From Antedon mediterranea (Eukaryota > Animalia > Echinodermata): a stretch of 64,000 nt of DNA. The first letter of the stretch is position 1. Every line of letters starts with the position of its first letter. Location of the stretch: assembly GCF_964355755.1 (NCBI RefSeq), contig NC_092675.1, positions 10,535,812-10,599,811 on the forward strand, written 5' to 3'. Both the position numbers and the translations under genes were made by a program. Shown in pieces: positions 52,224-64,000 of the stretch. The notes under the pieces were generated by a model that was not told the DNA's origin, did not search any database, and saw only the letters and a list, made by a program, of their open reading frames with translations.

Positions 52224-53009
52224 TTATGGCTGTTGGCCTTGTTTTCCTATTTTTTGGGATTAAAAGTCTATTAATATGTAAAATAGATGACCTTTGACAA
52301 ATATGACCTCAACATTTTTTTTTCAATATGATAGTTAGTACCAAGTATAAACCCTATCCCATGATTTGTTTTTTTAGTCAGGGGTAGCGGCTATCCTTAA
52401 ATTATATATATATTAAACAAATCTGTGAGAATGAGAAAAATCCCCTACCGAGATTCGAACTCTGAACCTTCTGCTTGATATGTAGATGTCCTACCATTAG
52501 ACCACTGTGGCTTTTATGGTATTGTTTAAATTTGGTTTTTGTATTTGTGCAACATGCTTTTTTAGTTACAATTTTTATGATGCTATAGGCCTACACATTA
52601 CATTCACACTTTCACGAAATTGAAGAAAAATTATCCTTCGTCCTGTGAGTGTTTAGGTTTAGTTGTTCAATAGACCCATTGCATATAGTTAACGTATCTC
52701 CGTTTGTAAAGGTCATGTGGTTATCTGTAGGCCTAACTATACATTTAATGTTAATAAAATTGTCGTTATGAAGAATAATACATACGTTTTATATCTGGAC
52801 ATTTGATGATTGCTTATAGTGATGTATTATGTTAATAAAATAACATTTATTGCCTTGATTAGGCCTATAATTTGAATTTATGACCAGTATATTTTCGAAT
52901 AATTATACTTGACTTACAAGCCTAGGCATATCTAACTTCTCACACGTTCGGAAACTTGAATGCGTTGTGAAGTTAAAATGATAAAATCTTTTTTGATTGT
53001 ATTTTACAG

Positions 53010-53863
53010 GGCATTCGCCGTCGTTACTTGAGTCAAGACGTTCATGGAGGTCAGACGGTTCCACTGAACGGTTGTATTTTCATACTCATTTTGCCGAAGC
53101 ACGAGGTAGGAAAAGGAGATACATAACAAAAACAGCTACGTTGACATTTTATGTAAAGGCACTTCCCAACGTGAACACGCAAAGTATAGAAATCGGTGTT
53201 TTTGAGTTTTTCAACACAAGTTTGACAGCTCGTGGTCATGTAAAATCACAAACTGTTCCGCTGATCAATGATAAATGGCAGAAATTTTCCATTGACATCA
53301 CAGATCTGGTTGATGATTGGTTAAAATTTCCAAGACTGAATTTTGGAATAGAAATTGGAACTACGACAGGAGAACCACTCAATAATTATTTACATTTGTA
53401 TAGCCGTCGTTCGAGAAGTAGGAAAAACAACTCAAACGAAATACCAAACATTGAACAATACCCCGTTATAACAATTGAATTGCAGAAAAGAAGTAGATTA
53501 AATAGGGACACACAAACTTCAAATTTAGATTCACATGGAATGTGTTCAAAAAATCAAATTGGATGTTGTCGAAAAAATTATACAATTGATTTTGAGAAGC
53601 TAAATTTTGGTAATCTAATTCTCCGTCCTACATCAGTCAATATGTTTTATTGTCATGGTGCATGCGGAGATAATAATATTTTTATGAATGACATGCATAC
53701 ATTATTCAAACATTATGTGCATGAAAAAGACCCTGAGCTTAATGGTCCGTGTTGTGTACCAACAAGATTTAACGACTTTCCAGTAATAATACGCACTTCG
53801 GAGCGAACACTCGAAGTAATGGTACTTGAAAATCTAATTGCAAATGACTGCAAGTGCTCATGA
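53010..53863 (+). CDS. TGF-beta superfamily ligand precursor, exon 2 (prodomain, furin site, 9-Cys mature domain; activin/myostatin/maverick-type pattern)
   Basis: Acceptor TTTTACAG, phase matches exon 1; DITDLVDDW..P..NFGI prodomain motif; KRSRLNR cleavage site; C-x6-CC...YCHGAC...PCCVP...CKCS. Confidence 0.92.
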
Positions 53864-53910
53864 TTTCTGGGGGTTATCTCAAAAGTATATTATACTGCAC
53901 ACAATATGCA

Positions 53911-54183
53911 TTATATTTCTAGCTATTTTACTAGCTTTTTTTATTTAGCTTTCTTCTTATTTTATTTGTATTTCCATTGAGATCCTGCCACTATATATAA
54001 ATCCAAAGGCAAATTACTGAATAAATGCTGTGGGTAGATCTCAATGGAGATACAAAATAAATAAGCAGAAAGCTAAACAACAAGGCCATATATACATGGC
54101 TGGCACAGTCGCGTGTTCAAATTTGAGTTAGTCTTTATCGACCGCGACTAAAAACGCTAAAGTAAAACAGCTAGAAATATAAT
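53911..54183. mobile_element. Hairpin MITE just after the TGF-beta stop codon, interrupted by a HINE family A copy (~54079-54154)
   Basis: TTATATTTCTAGCT..TTTAGCTTTC..TTTGTATTTCCATTGAGATC versus GATCTCAATGGAGATACAAA..GAAAGCTAAA..[insert]..AGCTAGAAATATAA. Confidence 0.7.
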
Positions 54184-55594
54184 CTCCTCTGAGATCCCGC
54201 TTCGTGAATTAATATAGTGAAAGATGAGGGCGTATCAATTTGATGTCTTGTACGCGTGTGTACAATATTGAGGACTAGTGCTATTCAGCCATACCATGTC
54301 GAAAGTTAAGGAGTCGATCAAGTTTTTAAGATATCATAAAAGCCCTAGTGGTTGCATATCAAGTAGAAGGTTCCGGGTTGGGGTCTCGGTTGGGGCGACT
54401 TCTTTCATCCTAACAGATTTCCTCATCTTTATCGTTTCAAATTAATTAGTATATTTTCAGAGGCGGAATTTGTTCTGTTTATTTATTAGGCCTATGTAAA
54501 AATATCTCTTCGGAGATCTCGCTTCGTGAGTTAATATACTGAAAGATGAGGGCGTGTAAATTTGATCTCTGAGAACACTCTCGGCACGGTACGGCATATA
54601 AAATGTAGGCTTAAACGGTAATAAGTTATTTATATTTATGACTGGTTATCTTGTAATATGTTACAACCAGAAGCTTGATAATTATATTTATATTTGTTTG
54701 TAAAGATGTACTGTCTCCCAAAAACATGAAAAATTAAGATTCATAAAATAAGACTTTGAATAGGCCATTTTATTTTGTTAATTACTTCCGTAGCAACAAA
54801 AACTAATACAAAAAATAAAAATACATAATAATTTCTTAAATTCATCCAAAACCCATTCATATTTGCTTAAAATTATGTTTTATTGGTTTTTATTTTCAAT
54901 CCAATTTGTTGTCAAAGTGAATAACTATTAGATGACATTACAATGGTAACTGTAAGCCCATACTCGTCTCGAATTATGAACTGGCTCCTTCAAAGGGTAT
55001 ACGAGTAAACTGTGTACATTGGACAGTAGATAACTATTAGGTGATACTGTAATGGAATGTTCAGTAAACCATAATTTATTTTTTAAAAATGTCTGGGAGA
55101 CGATCTTCAAGGAACGAACTTAATTATATTATCAATTTATAAAAAATAATGATTATAATTAGAATTTTAATTTATACAATAATATAGTTATTTACCTTTG
55201 ACGGAGGCTTGATGCCTATGACTGAGTGAACGCTGCTTACTATAGATTGTCATTAAGTATACTTCATTATTGATACTTATTATTTTGAATAGATTATTTT
55301 AAAAATCGTAAGTCTTCGTAAGCTTTTTTTATTACTGTGTCTTGTGTCACAACCGTAAAGCAGGACAATCTACTGCTAATGTGTAATAAAACAACGAACT
55401 AATGTACAAACACTAACAGCTGTACGGTCAACAAAAAAAAGCTAGTGCATAGTTGTAGCAATATCAGGAGACTTACATAGGATGACGGTTGTTGTGTAAA
55501 GAGGCGATTTTTAAAATATTTATGGACATTCGCAACTTTCTGCCATCACAGCTATTTTAGTAACGTATTTCGATTTGATTCTCAATGATAGAAA

Positions 55595-55885
55595 GATGGT
55601 AACCCCATACTCATTTCGAATGATGAACTGGCTGCTTTAAAGTGTACACGAGTAAACTGTGTACATTGTACCTAGGTGCATAGGCCTATAGTCCTTATCC
55701 GAGAAGACTTGTTCAACCACCATAACTAGGTGCGAGACGGCCTCAAACCAATGCCGAATGATATTGCTGGCTCTTTAGGTACTGTAAACAGCACCCCTGT
55801 CTTAGCTCTCGCGCCTTTGACTCGCTGATCATAATATGATAATTAGAAGCCGATCCATTACTTTTACCACTGGGCTATCATGGTT
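55595..55885 (-). mobile_element. SINE-like element with a Nin/Deu-core-like segment (partial second copy ~54942-55022)
   Basis: Minus strand AGTCTTCTCGGATAAGGAC...CACTTTAAAGCAGCC...TTCGAAATGAGTATGGGG; family name is from recalled similarity only. Confidence 0.4.
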
Positions 55886-58251
55886 CAAACTCGATTATAC
55901 AAAATATAAGAACGGTGTAATTTATTCCGTTTAGTTTAGTAACTTTCATTCAAAGTTGATGAAAGGATATCAATATTAATACGTTCTGTCCAAATTTATA
56001 TTTTATTGCGTTCACTATACAGCAGCTAAGCAGACTGAGAGGTGACAACAGAGCCTTTTAAAACGTCATCGTTTTGGGTACGGATGATTCAATGCACGTG
56101 ATTTGCTTGGTTCTTAGAAACTTTTATTCATATATAAAATCCTATTGTCTAATGCTGCCATTAAAAATACAATTTGAATGTGTGTTTCGTAGTAAAGTTG
56201 CTTGTTAAGCACCTAATGATCTGAGTAAACAAACACAGAAATCATTTGCAACTACTGTACATGATAATTGAGTCTTGAACTTCAAAACTGTCAGCGTGAT
56301 GTGATAAATATTGCTTATGTTCTCTTTTGAAATAAACATAATCATACCTTGAAGGTCGTCAAATACGTAAGGTTTACAAATTGGGGAAAAGTTGAAGCAT
56401 AGGCACGTCGTCTGGAGTAGGAATGTTTGTCATTCGCCCGATTGACTGATGGTCGATTACTATTTCATTCATTAATTTGGCAGGCTACGCTACCTTTATC
56501 ACGCAGGCGATTCTTGTACTGCATCACAATATTTAGAGACAATTTGAGGTATGTTGTGACAAGAACACCATAACCGTAACGTAAAGTTTACTAGGTTATT
56601 GTGTGTAGTTCTGTTACCTGTACCTCGTTATAAATAGTTCTAGGAAACAGAGTGAATCCTAGTCATTCAACACCCGCACCTGGAAATGTTTATATACGTC
56701 TAAATACCGGGTCTAATACAATTAAATTTTAATTGTCCGCACTTGTTATGTGCCTGTCCCGTTTCTTTTTTATATGCGCACTTAATTGTGGATAACTCGT
56801 TGTGATTGTGTTTTTTTGTTTTTTTATAGTTTTTTTTATTATGCGTACTTTGCGGATAAGTCTTTGTTATTTGTTCTGTTTCTGTTTTTTTTATTATGCG
56901 GACAACTCGTTGTGATTGTGTTGTTTCATCTTCATTTTTGCCTGTGTTATTGGTTATTCAACTGGTGAGGTTTATTAACCAATCTAACGTTAGATATCAT
57001 GTTGGTCAATCGGAACATAAAATCAGACAAGTTGTAAATAGCGTTAATTTTGTACGTTTCTGTTATTTTAAGATTTTTAACGTCACTGCTCCATCAATCT
57101 AAATGAGCATTTTACACTTCTTAGAGATTGTAATTAGAGGGTGATCAGAATTAATACTAAGTTAACAGCTAATTTTAAAGGATATGCTAGTAAAACTTTA
57201 TACAGTATTACTAAAAGGTGAGTTCGCTTCGCTCGCTCACCCTTTACTAATTTTGTAACAGAATGTTCTGGCTCATGGACCTTTCGCCAACTTCTTTCGT
57301 TCCATTTCCGTGGGTCGGCTGAAATGCTTTTACAAGATATAGCCTAGGCCTATACATTATGAATGCATTTATTCGTAGAAATAAGTCTCATATAAATTCG
57401 TAAAAATAAAACATATCTGTTTCTCAGTGTCTTAGATGAAAACACAACACAATTAATATGAAGAAGTGAGAAGAATTATGTTATAATACAAAATTGTATG
57501 TACTGTATAAGTTATATGTCGAGGGACGTAATTATTCCAAATGATGTTTTATGGGAAGGGGGCGGTTGCTTATTTGAGGGGGAGTTTATACAAATAATTA
57601 ACATGGTTCTGTATAGACCAAGTTTATTTCTTCTTGTACTGGATGATTGTTGATACTGAGCTGTCTGAGACGCAGTAGTATTATAATTAAAAAATGATAT
57701 ACATTTATAATACATTATTATGCATTTCAAATATTTTGTAAAAATTTATAGAAAAAAAATACCATACAAATGTATATTGACATCCGCGACATATAAAAGT
57801 GAGCCTTTTCGGCCTTTAAAAAATCGTTTTAAACGGCCTGCAAACATGGTTCTGGTTGTTTCAAAGCATAACTCGATTTGAAACAATCTATTAGGCCTAT
57901 ATTATCAGTTCTCCTGATGTAATTTAATATTTAAACTCGAGTTCTGGTAATTTTTAACAGATATGCAGATGTTACAATTTCCCCGCAATACTCTTCTGAT
58001 GATTTATTAATTTTTTTTTCTCTTTTGTGGTGCAAACACCACATTCATATTATCTCATGTCATTACATAAAATCATATTAGGCCTATTTAACACATTTTT
58101 GTTAATTCCAAATGTCATCAGTAACATTTTTACTTTTATGAATTTTCTTGTATGTTTCTATACACTTGACAATGATCATCATTATCATCTATCTCGTTTT
58201 AAAATATTTTACAGCAATCCCTTTGTGAGTTTTTCATTTTCATTTGTTCGT

Positions 58252-60094
58252 TTTTAGTCGCGTGGACGCGACTCTATAGTTCACTATGTCGGTCGGTCTG
58301 TCTGTCGGTCTGTCGGTCTGTCTGTCGGTCTGTCTGTCGGTCCGGTATCACTATGCGTTTTATCGCTTTGCTGTACTTTTTGAACTGTTTTGATGTCAAC
58401 ATGTGGGCATTTACGTGAAATTTTGCACCTCCTATTGTGAATGACGTTTGAGTTGCGCAACGTGATTTACGCGCGATTTAATGATTTTCTTGTATCATAT
58501 GAATCTCTTGAGCAACGAAATAGCTAAATTGCCCCAACACACTCCACTGGGACATGGATACCACTGATTTCGCATCGTGATATTCTACAAAACACTTGAT
58601 TTTCATGTTCCCACCTAAATATCTCGGCTATTATAAATCGGATTTTTTTGGATAGTAGCTCAAAATAAACTGTAGACAATACTGAACATTATGATATATG
58701 TTTGAAATTGTAAAGTTACAAAAAGTATGTGTCATTTTACGTTTTAAAACTCACCATCCATTGCCCGCTGACAGTGTGAGGTCAATTTTTTACCTATTTT
58801 CTAAAGCACCACAGTGTTTTATTTGCAATTTAAGATCACTTGTAGGCCATCAATCATTTTGGATAGTTTCTTAAAAGAAAGCTGAATATTCATAGATTCC
58901 TTACATACTTTTCTTATGAGCATTGGCTTAAAATAGACTGTGTCAAAATAGCAAAATCTATTTTGAAAAAATCTAAAAAATGCTCAAAAAGGCGGCAAAA
59001 TTCAAATAGGGTTTGCCTGTGTTATGAAGCCTTCACTTGACAGACCGTTGGATTGTAGCTAAGTTTGGGGTTAATTTTTTCATTATATAATTGTAAGTAG
59101 CATTTTAATTTTTATATCATTCTAATGTTTGATATATAAGGAACAATTGTTAGGTGTTATTTAGTTCTATATGTCGTGTTTTATATTCACAATTGCCAAA
59201 TTAAGACACCTATGTTTTAATGATAGCGAGCTGGGATCTACCATTTTCATTCGGGTAATGGTTATGTTTATCTTTCTGTGACTTGGTTTGTTTAATGAAT
59301 AGATGGTAATTATTACAAAGTCTGGAAATGTTCATACTATACTAGTTAATGTCATTTTAATTTCTTTAGTTAAAAAATATAATCAATCATTGTGGAAATT
59401 AGTTGTATTCATAATGGTTGACCCCCAATATAATGGACGATGACAAGACTTGGGTTGCATGAACTTGGTATGAACTTATAAGTAGATAAACAGCTCAATA
59501 GGTACATATTAAAAATTACTGTTTGGTTGCAAAATTTGCACCAAGAGATTCATATGTTAACATAGGTCAAAAACCAAATAACATTTTAAATTGAAACTTT
59601 GCAAAAGTTTAATTTATATCAGGCGCTAACTTTCTGTTGAAAACAAATGTGTGTTTTACACAATGTTACGCGCGCACGCGCATTTAAAATTTTAAAATGC
59701 GCAAAATTATTTTTTAATCAACTTTCTACGCGTTTCTTGTCATTTTGAGCATGTCAAAAATGTCCATACGCGCGCAAATTTTTAGGCGCGCGGTGTGCAC
59801 GTAGAGCGTTAAATACATACTTTTTTCGCGTGATTTATGTTTTTGCAGCCTTTTATAATAATTTTACCAACTTTTAAACAATTCCGACTTAAAATTACGT
59901 CATATGAGCACGTCGAATTGCAATTTGCGCACGTTTTTGATGAAAAGGTTCAAAAATTCGTCAAAATTATGCCTTTTTAGTCGCGTGAACGCGACTCTAT
60001 AGTTCACTATGTCGGTCGGTCTGTCTGTCGGTCTGTCTGTCGGTCCGGTATCACTATGCATTGTAGCACGCGACTTAATGGCTGTTGGCCTTGT
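58252..60094 (+). mobile_element. Long HINE family A element with a repeated 5' module (58252 and 59975) and one 3' end
   Basis: Two TTTTAGTCGCGTG.ACGCGACTCTATAGTTCACTATGTCGG(TCTG)n heads; a single GCACGCGACTT..GGCTGTTGGCCTTGTT tail. Confidence 0.75.
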
Positions 60095-61048
60095 TATTTT
60101 ACAACCCAGATTATACAATGTATTTATATACAAGATAAACGAAATAAATCATAATAGATCAGTACCACCTGTAACTTGTATCACAGTAATTCCTTTTCTG
60201 ATAAATCGTATCAAATTAGAAATTATATTAGCATAATATGTCTTAAAGCTACCCATTTTTTTATACTTGTTTCTTTATTGTTATATGTTTCACATTCAAC
60301 ATATTGCCTTTAAATGAATTCCATAAAGATTTACCCACTGGATTATTTAATGCTGATAACATTTTTCTTCTATAAATAGTGAAGTGATTTATTAATTATT
60401 ATTTTATTATACAATGACAATGTCATTTTCATTTTGCTAATGTTAATCACGGCATGAAAATAAACAAAATAGCAAAATGTAATATCGCCACCAACGGCCA
60501 ACGTTGTCAGCTAGAGAGGGCAGCCCGGAAGTTGCAAAGTGATGACACACCAACCAGAAATTACTTCTACCGTGCCGACGGTTAAAAATCTACCGATGAA
60601 ATCAGAAATTTTGTTTTATTACCATTTATGATTCAATTCCATATTCCGGAGTTTACATGAAAAATACTCACAATAAAACATACATACAGCCTGCAGGCCC
60701 GTAACCATGGGGGGATCGGGGAGATCGTACGATCCCCCCCGCTGAACAGCGAGTTCCGCTTGGCCTCCCACTTTTTTACTCGGGGTGGTACCCGAGTCTA
60801 GTATTTACTCATTTTCTCCTTCTCTTCCTCCATCTGGACACTATTGAGTAAAAAGTGCGATTTTTAAAGTACTACTCCTCCCTTATTCGTTATAGTATTG
60901 AGCTGGGATTTGGCATGAACATACTACAGGGACATGTCCTCAAAGCTATAGAGCCGGATTTTTAATTTTTTGTTAATTAATTTGTTTAATTAAGAAGCCA
61001 CAATGTGTGACACACACCACAGCGTTATGTAGTTATATGGTTATATGC

Positions 61049-61120
61049 GGCTTCTTGGCGTAGTGGTTATCACGTTTGCTTAACACGCAGAAGGTACCTG
61101 GTTCGAGCCCGGACGAAACC
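61049..61120 (+). tRNA. tRNA-Val(AAC)-like gene, probable pseudogene
   Basis: 72 nt; A box TGGCGTAGTGG, anticodon arm TTTGC-TTAACAC-GCAGA, B box GGTTCGAGCCC, T11 terminator; mismatches in acceptor and T stems. Confidence 0.65.
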
Positions 61121-61333
61121 TTTTTTTTTTTAATTTATGGTGAAAAGTACTGTATACGCAATATGATAATTATACAGAGTATATCTTATTTTTATTATTT
61201 TTTAAAATACTTATTTTGTGTAATCGGTAATTATCACTTTTACACATGTTTATTTTGCTTTGTGCTTATTACCATTTATTTGTAATTTAAATGGATTAAA
61301 AAACTTTCTGTAACCCACATTTTTAATGTAAGA

Positions 61334-61404
61334 GGTTTCGTAGTGTAGTGGTTGTCAAGTCTGCTTAACACGCAGAAGGTCCCGGTTCGAGCCCTGGCGA
61401 AACA
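61334..61404 (+). tRNA. tRNA-Val(AAC)-like gene, probable pseudogene
   Basis: GGTTTCGTAGTGTAGTGG...TCTGC-TTAACAC-GCAGA...GGTTCGAGCC...CGAAACA; D-stem and T-stem defects. Confidence 0.65.
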
Positions 61405-61747
61405 TATTTTCTTTACTTTCTAACTGTATACGTCTGTATACAGCTTCTTTCGCTGTACCCCGAGTATCGCACATTCGTGCTTGTTACTCGGGGTACCCGA
61501 GTCTAGTACTTACTTATTTTCTCCTCCACCATCTGGACACTATTGAGTAAAAAGTGCGATTTTTAAAGTACTACTCCTCCCTTATTAGTTGTAGTATTGA
61601 GCTGGGATTTGGCATGAACATACTACAGGGACATGTCCTCAAAGCTATAGAGCCGGATTTTTAATTTTTTGTTAATTAATTTGTTTAATTAAGAATCCAC
61701 AATGTGTGACACACACCACAGCGTTATGTAGTTATATGGTTATATGC

Positions 61748-61819
61748 GGCTTCTTGGCGTAGTGGTTATCACGTTTGCTCAATACGCAGAAGGTACCTGG
61801 TTCGAGCCCGGGCTAAACC
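61748..61819 (+). pseudogene. tRNA-Val-derived pseudogene (anticodon loop mutated to TCAATAC)
   Basis: Paralog of 61049-61120. Confidence 0.65.
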
Positions 61820-62029
61820 TTTTTTTTTAAACTTTATGGTGAAAAGTACTGTATATGCAATATGATAATTATACACAGTATATCTTATTATTATTTTTTT
61901 AAATACTTATTTTGTGTAATCGGTAATTATCACTTTTACACATGTTTATTTTGCTTTGTGCTTATTACCATTTATTTGTAATTTAAATGGATTAAAAAAC
62001 TTTCTGTAACCCACAATTTCAATGTGAGA

Positions 62030-62100
62030 GGTTTCGTAGTGTAGTGGTTGTCTAGTCTGCTTAACACGCAGAAGGTCCCGGTTCTCGCCCTGGCGAAACC
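62030..62100 (+). pseudogene. tRNA-Val(AAC)-derived pseudogene (B box mutated)
   Basis: Paralog of 61334-61404; intact acceptor stem GGTTTCG/CGAAACC but T loop reads TTCTCGC. Confidence 0.65.
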
Positions 62101-63559
62101 TATTTTTCTTTAACTTTCTAACTGTTTACGTCTGTATACAGCTTCTTTCGCTGTACCCCGAGTATTGCACATTCGTGCTTGTTTTTGCTGGGCATACTAA
62201 CACAACACGACGATTGTTCACTACAGGCCTAGTCAAGCCTTAATAAATTTTAACTAAAATATAAAAACCTAACACTAAAATTTACAAGATAAGTTCTATT
62301 TGATAACTGCTGAACATCATGGTTCTGGAGCTAACGAGCTGTACACAGAGCAGCATAGTTGTTGTTTGGTTGACATAACAGGGTATTCCCCTACACAGGT
62401 CTCCGCGTGCGTGTGTGACGTGCCCAGTCAGCTGCTTGATAGAGAAAGCATGCAGCTCACACGCAAGTGCAAGATGCAATGGTTGAGTGAATTCAGGGAT
62501 CATCTTAATTCCATGGTTTTTTACCTAAACACCACATGATGGTGAATATGCCTGTTAAAGTCTCAATGATACGATCCCTAATGTACCATGTTGTTGCTAG
62601 GAGGCTTGAAAGGAGGAGGGATCTAGCCTAATTTCGGTCGGCAAGAGAATGCCGTCCTCTGACAATATAAGGTCGGCAATATTAAGGTCGGCAATTGAAA
62701 TTTGTGGGCTGGAAATTACACCAACAATATAGTTCATAAACAAAAGAAAATAGCCGGAAATGCGATTTGCGGCCATAGGCCTATAGAGAAAAAAAATTCG
62801 AGGGTATGGTTCCAGTGGCGGATCTAGCGGGGGCGTATTTTTTTTTTAAATTAAATAGATTTTAAAAACACGTATCGTTTCGACGGTCATCAATCACCGA
62901 TGGTTTGCACATTTTCATAGTGAAAATAGTACGTCGGAGCACATCGTCAGCTTGATCGCATTCCACCAAGCATGATGTACGTCGACATCCTTTGTGTACT
63001 ATCAATCTCTAGCGTTACCAACGATCATTCACAGTTAAGTGTAAAAGGAGCAAGTTGATAAAAGCCACGTGGTGAGCTTGGTCGCGTTCCACTAAGCAGG
63101 TCGGCATCCTTTGTGATCGTCACTCCAGTATTGTAGAGTAGCGGTACCTCAGACGATCAATAGAGTTGATGAAGCCACTATGGTCAGTGCTACTATACTA
63201 CGCGCCCATTTATTAAGTACAATAAAAACAAAGGCTAGCAGGGGCGCAGCCAGTGGGGGGGTCACGGGGGTCCTGACCCCCCCTTTTTTTTTAGAAAAAA
63301 TAAATAAAAAACATGAGACAACAATACAGATCAAATCATCCTGGAGATACTGTGGAAGATTACTACCGAGCAGTATTACCAAATCAACTTCTTGATTACA
63401 AACCGAGTTAAAAACCCGTTTTTCTGCCGATAACAGGCCATGCTTTAAAATATTTGGCGTAGCACCCGAGTCTATAGTGAAGTGTAATGTTGAAGAAGTC
63501 TTCAAGGAACTTGAATTTGGTACGATGATCTGCCAAGACACGAACATCTTCATTCCGAG

Positions 63560-63830
63560 CTTCAGTGATGGAAGCGACTGTGTAAAATTAGCGGATCCAG
63601 ATGTGTTCCCGAATGTGCGTGCACTTCTTCTAATCGCGTAGGCCTATGCCCGTAACGTCTGAGTTTTTCGACTTTATGGAGAACGAAAACCTGTTTGGGA
63701 AATCACATGTCTTATGAGCAGCTTTTGGGATTGTGCCTCATGAACATACACTTTAACATGAACATTAATACAGAGAATGTCATTCGCGAATTCTGTCTCC
63801 AAGCCAAGAAGAATGTATGTTCCAAACTTA
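63560..63830 (+). pseudogene. hAT transposase C-terminal dimerisation domain remnant (ZMYM1/THAP12-like group)
   Basis: ADPDVFPNVRALLLIA ... SFSTLWRTKTCLGNHMSYEQLLGLCLMNIHFNMNINTENVIREF; hAT-like terminal motifs nearby (62812 CAGTGGCGGATCTAG, 63239 CAGGGGCGCAGCCAG). Confidence 0.7.
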
Positions 63831-64000
63831 TGTTTAAAGATGCATCACGCGATGTGTCAAGAGCGCCGTTATAGTAACTAACGTAAAATGTATGATAATA
63901 ATTTAGAAGTTAGTTATTACAATTATGTATAAGCTATCACCTATACTATACATTCGAACAAAATAGGTATATTTTTAAACAAAATATTGTATGTACTGGG

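Larger units (their letters stand above)
60777..61485 (+). mobile_element. HINE/Helentron-like element family C, unit 1, carrying two tRNA-Val-like genes
   Basis: 5' palindrome TACTCGGGG..TACCCGAGT; 3' sub-TIR GTACCCCGAGTA + hairpin GCACATTCGTGC + TTGTT; sits in a T-run. Confidence 0.8.
61486..62183 (+). mobile_element. HINE/Helentron-like element family C, unit 2 (head-to-tail with unit 1)
   Basis: Junction ...GTGCTTGTT|ACTCGGGGTACCCGAGT; near-identical to unit 1. Confidence 0.8.

Noticed and set aside
61748-61819. Anticodon switch Val(AAC) to Ile(AAT) as a functional recoding tRNA
   Set aside because: It also loses the invariant U33 and has acceptor-stem mismatches; decay is the simpler explanation.

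Overview
AT-rich, intron-containing animal genomic DNA (marine invertebrate, probably echinoderm-like; this is inference from repeat content). Two host genes can be reconstructed with phase-consistent GT-AG splicing, both on the + strand. The first is a Glass-like C2H2 transcription factor (5 coding exons, 21858-27323, about 373 aa) that has only four of the five canonical Glass fingers. The second is a divergent 9-cysteine TGF-beta-family ligand (2 exons, 49445-53863, about 397 aa). The rest is mostly transposable elements: a near-intact L2-type LINE (570-4076), a nest of three LINEs (7130-15390), R4/Dong, RTE, Rex1 and CR1 relics, five copies of a ~1.3-kb non-autonomous Helitron (one inserted inside another), several Helentron/DINE-like (HINE) families, Mutator-like and Ginger-like foldback elements, Harbinger/hAT-like MITEs and a hAT transposase remnant. 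Four observations stand out: (1) a head-to-tail dimer of a Helentron-like element, each unit carrying two tRNA-Val-like genes; (2) about 39 copies of TAGGCCTA, which comparison of Helitron copies shows to be insertions at TA sites (probable excision footprints); (3) complementarity between the 5' start-codon region and the 3' stem-loop of the L2 element; (4) a GA-GCGAAGC-GA terminal hairpin in the Helitrons. No CRISPR or prokaryotic system is present.
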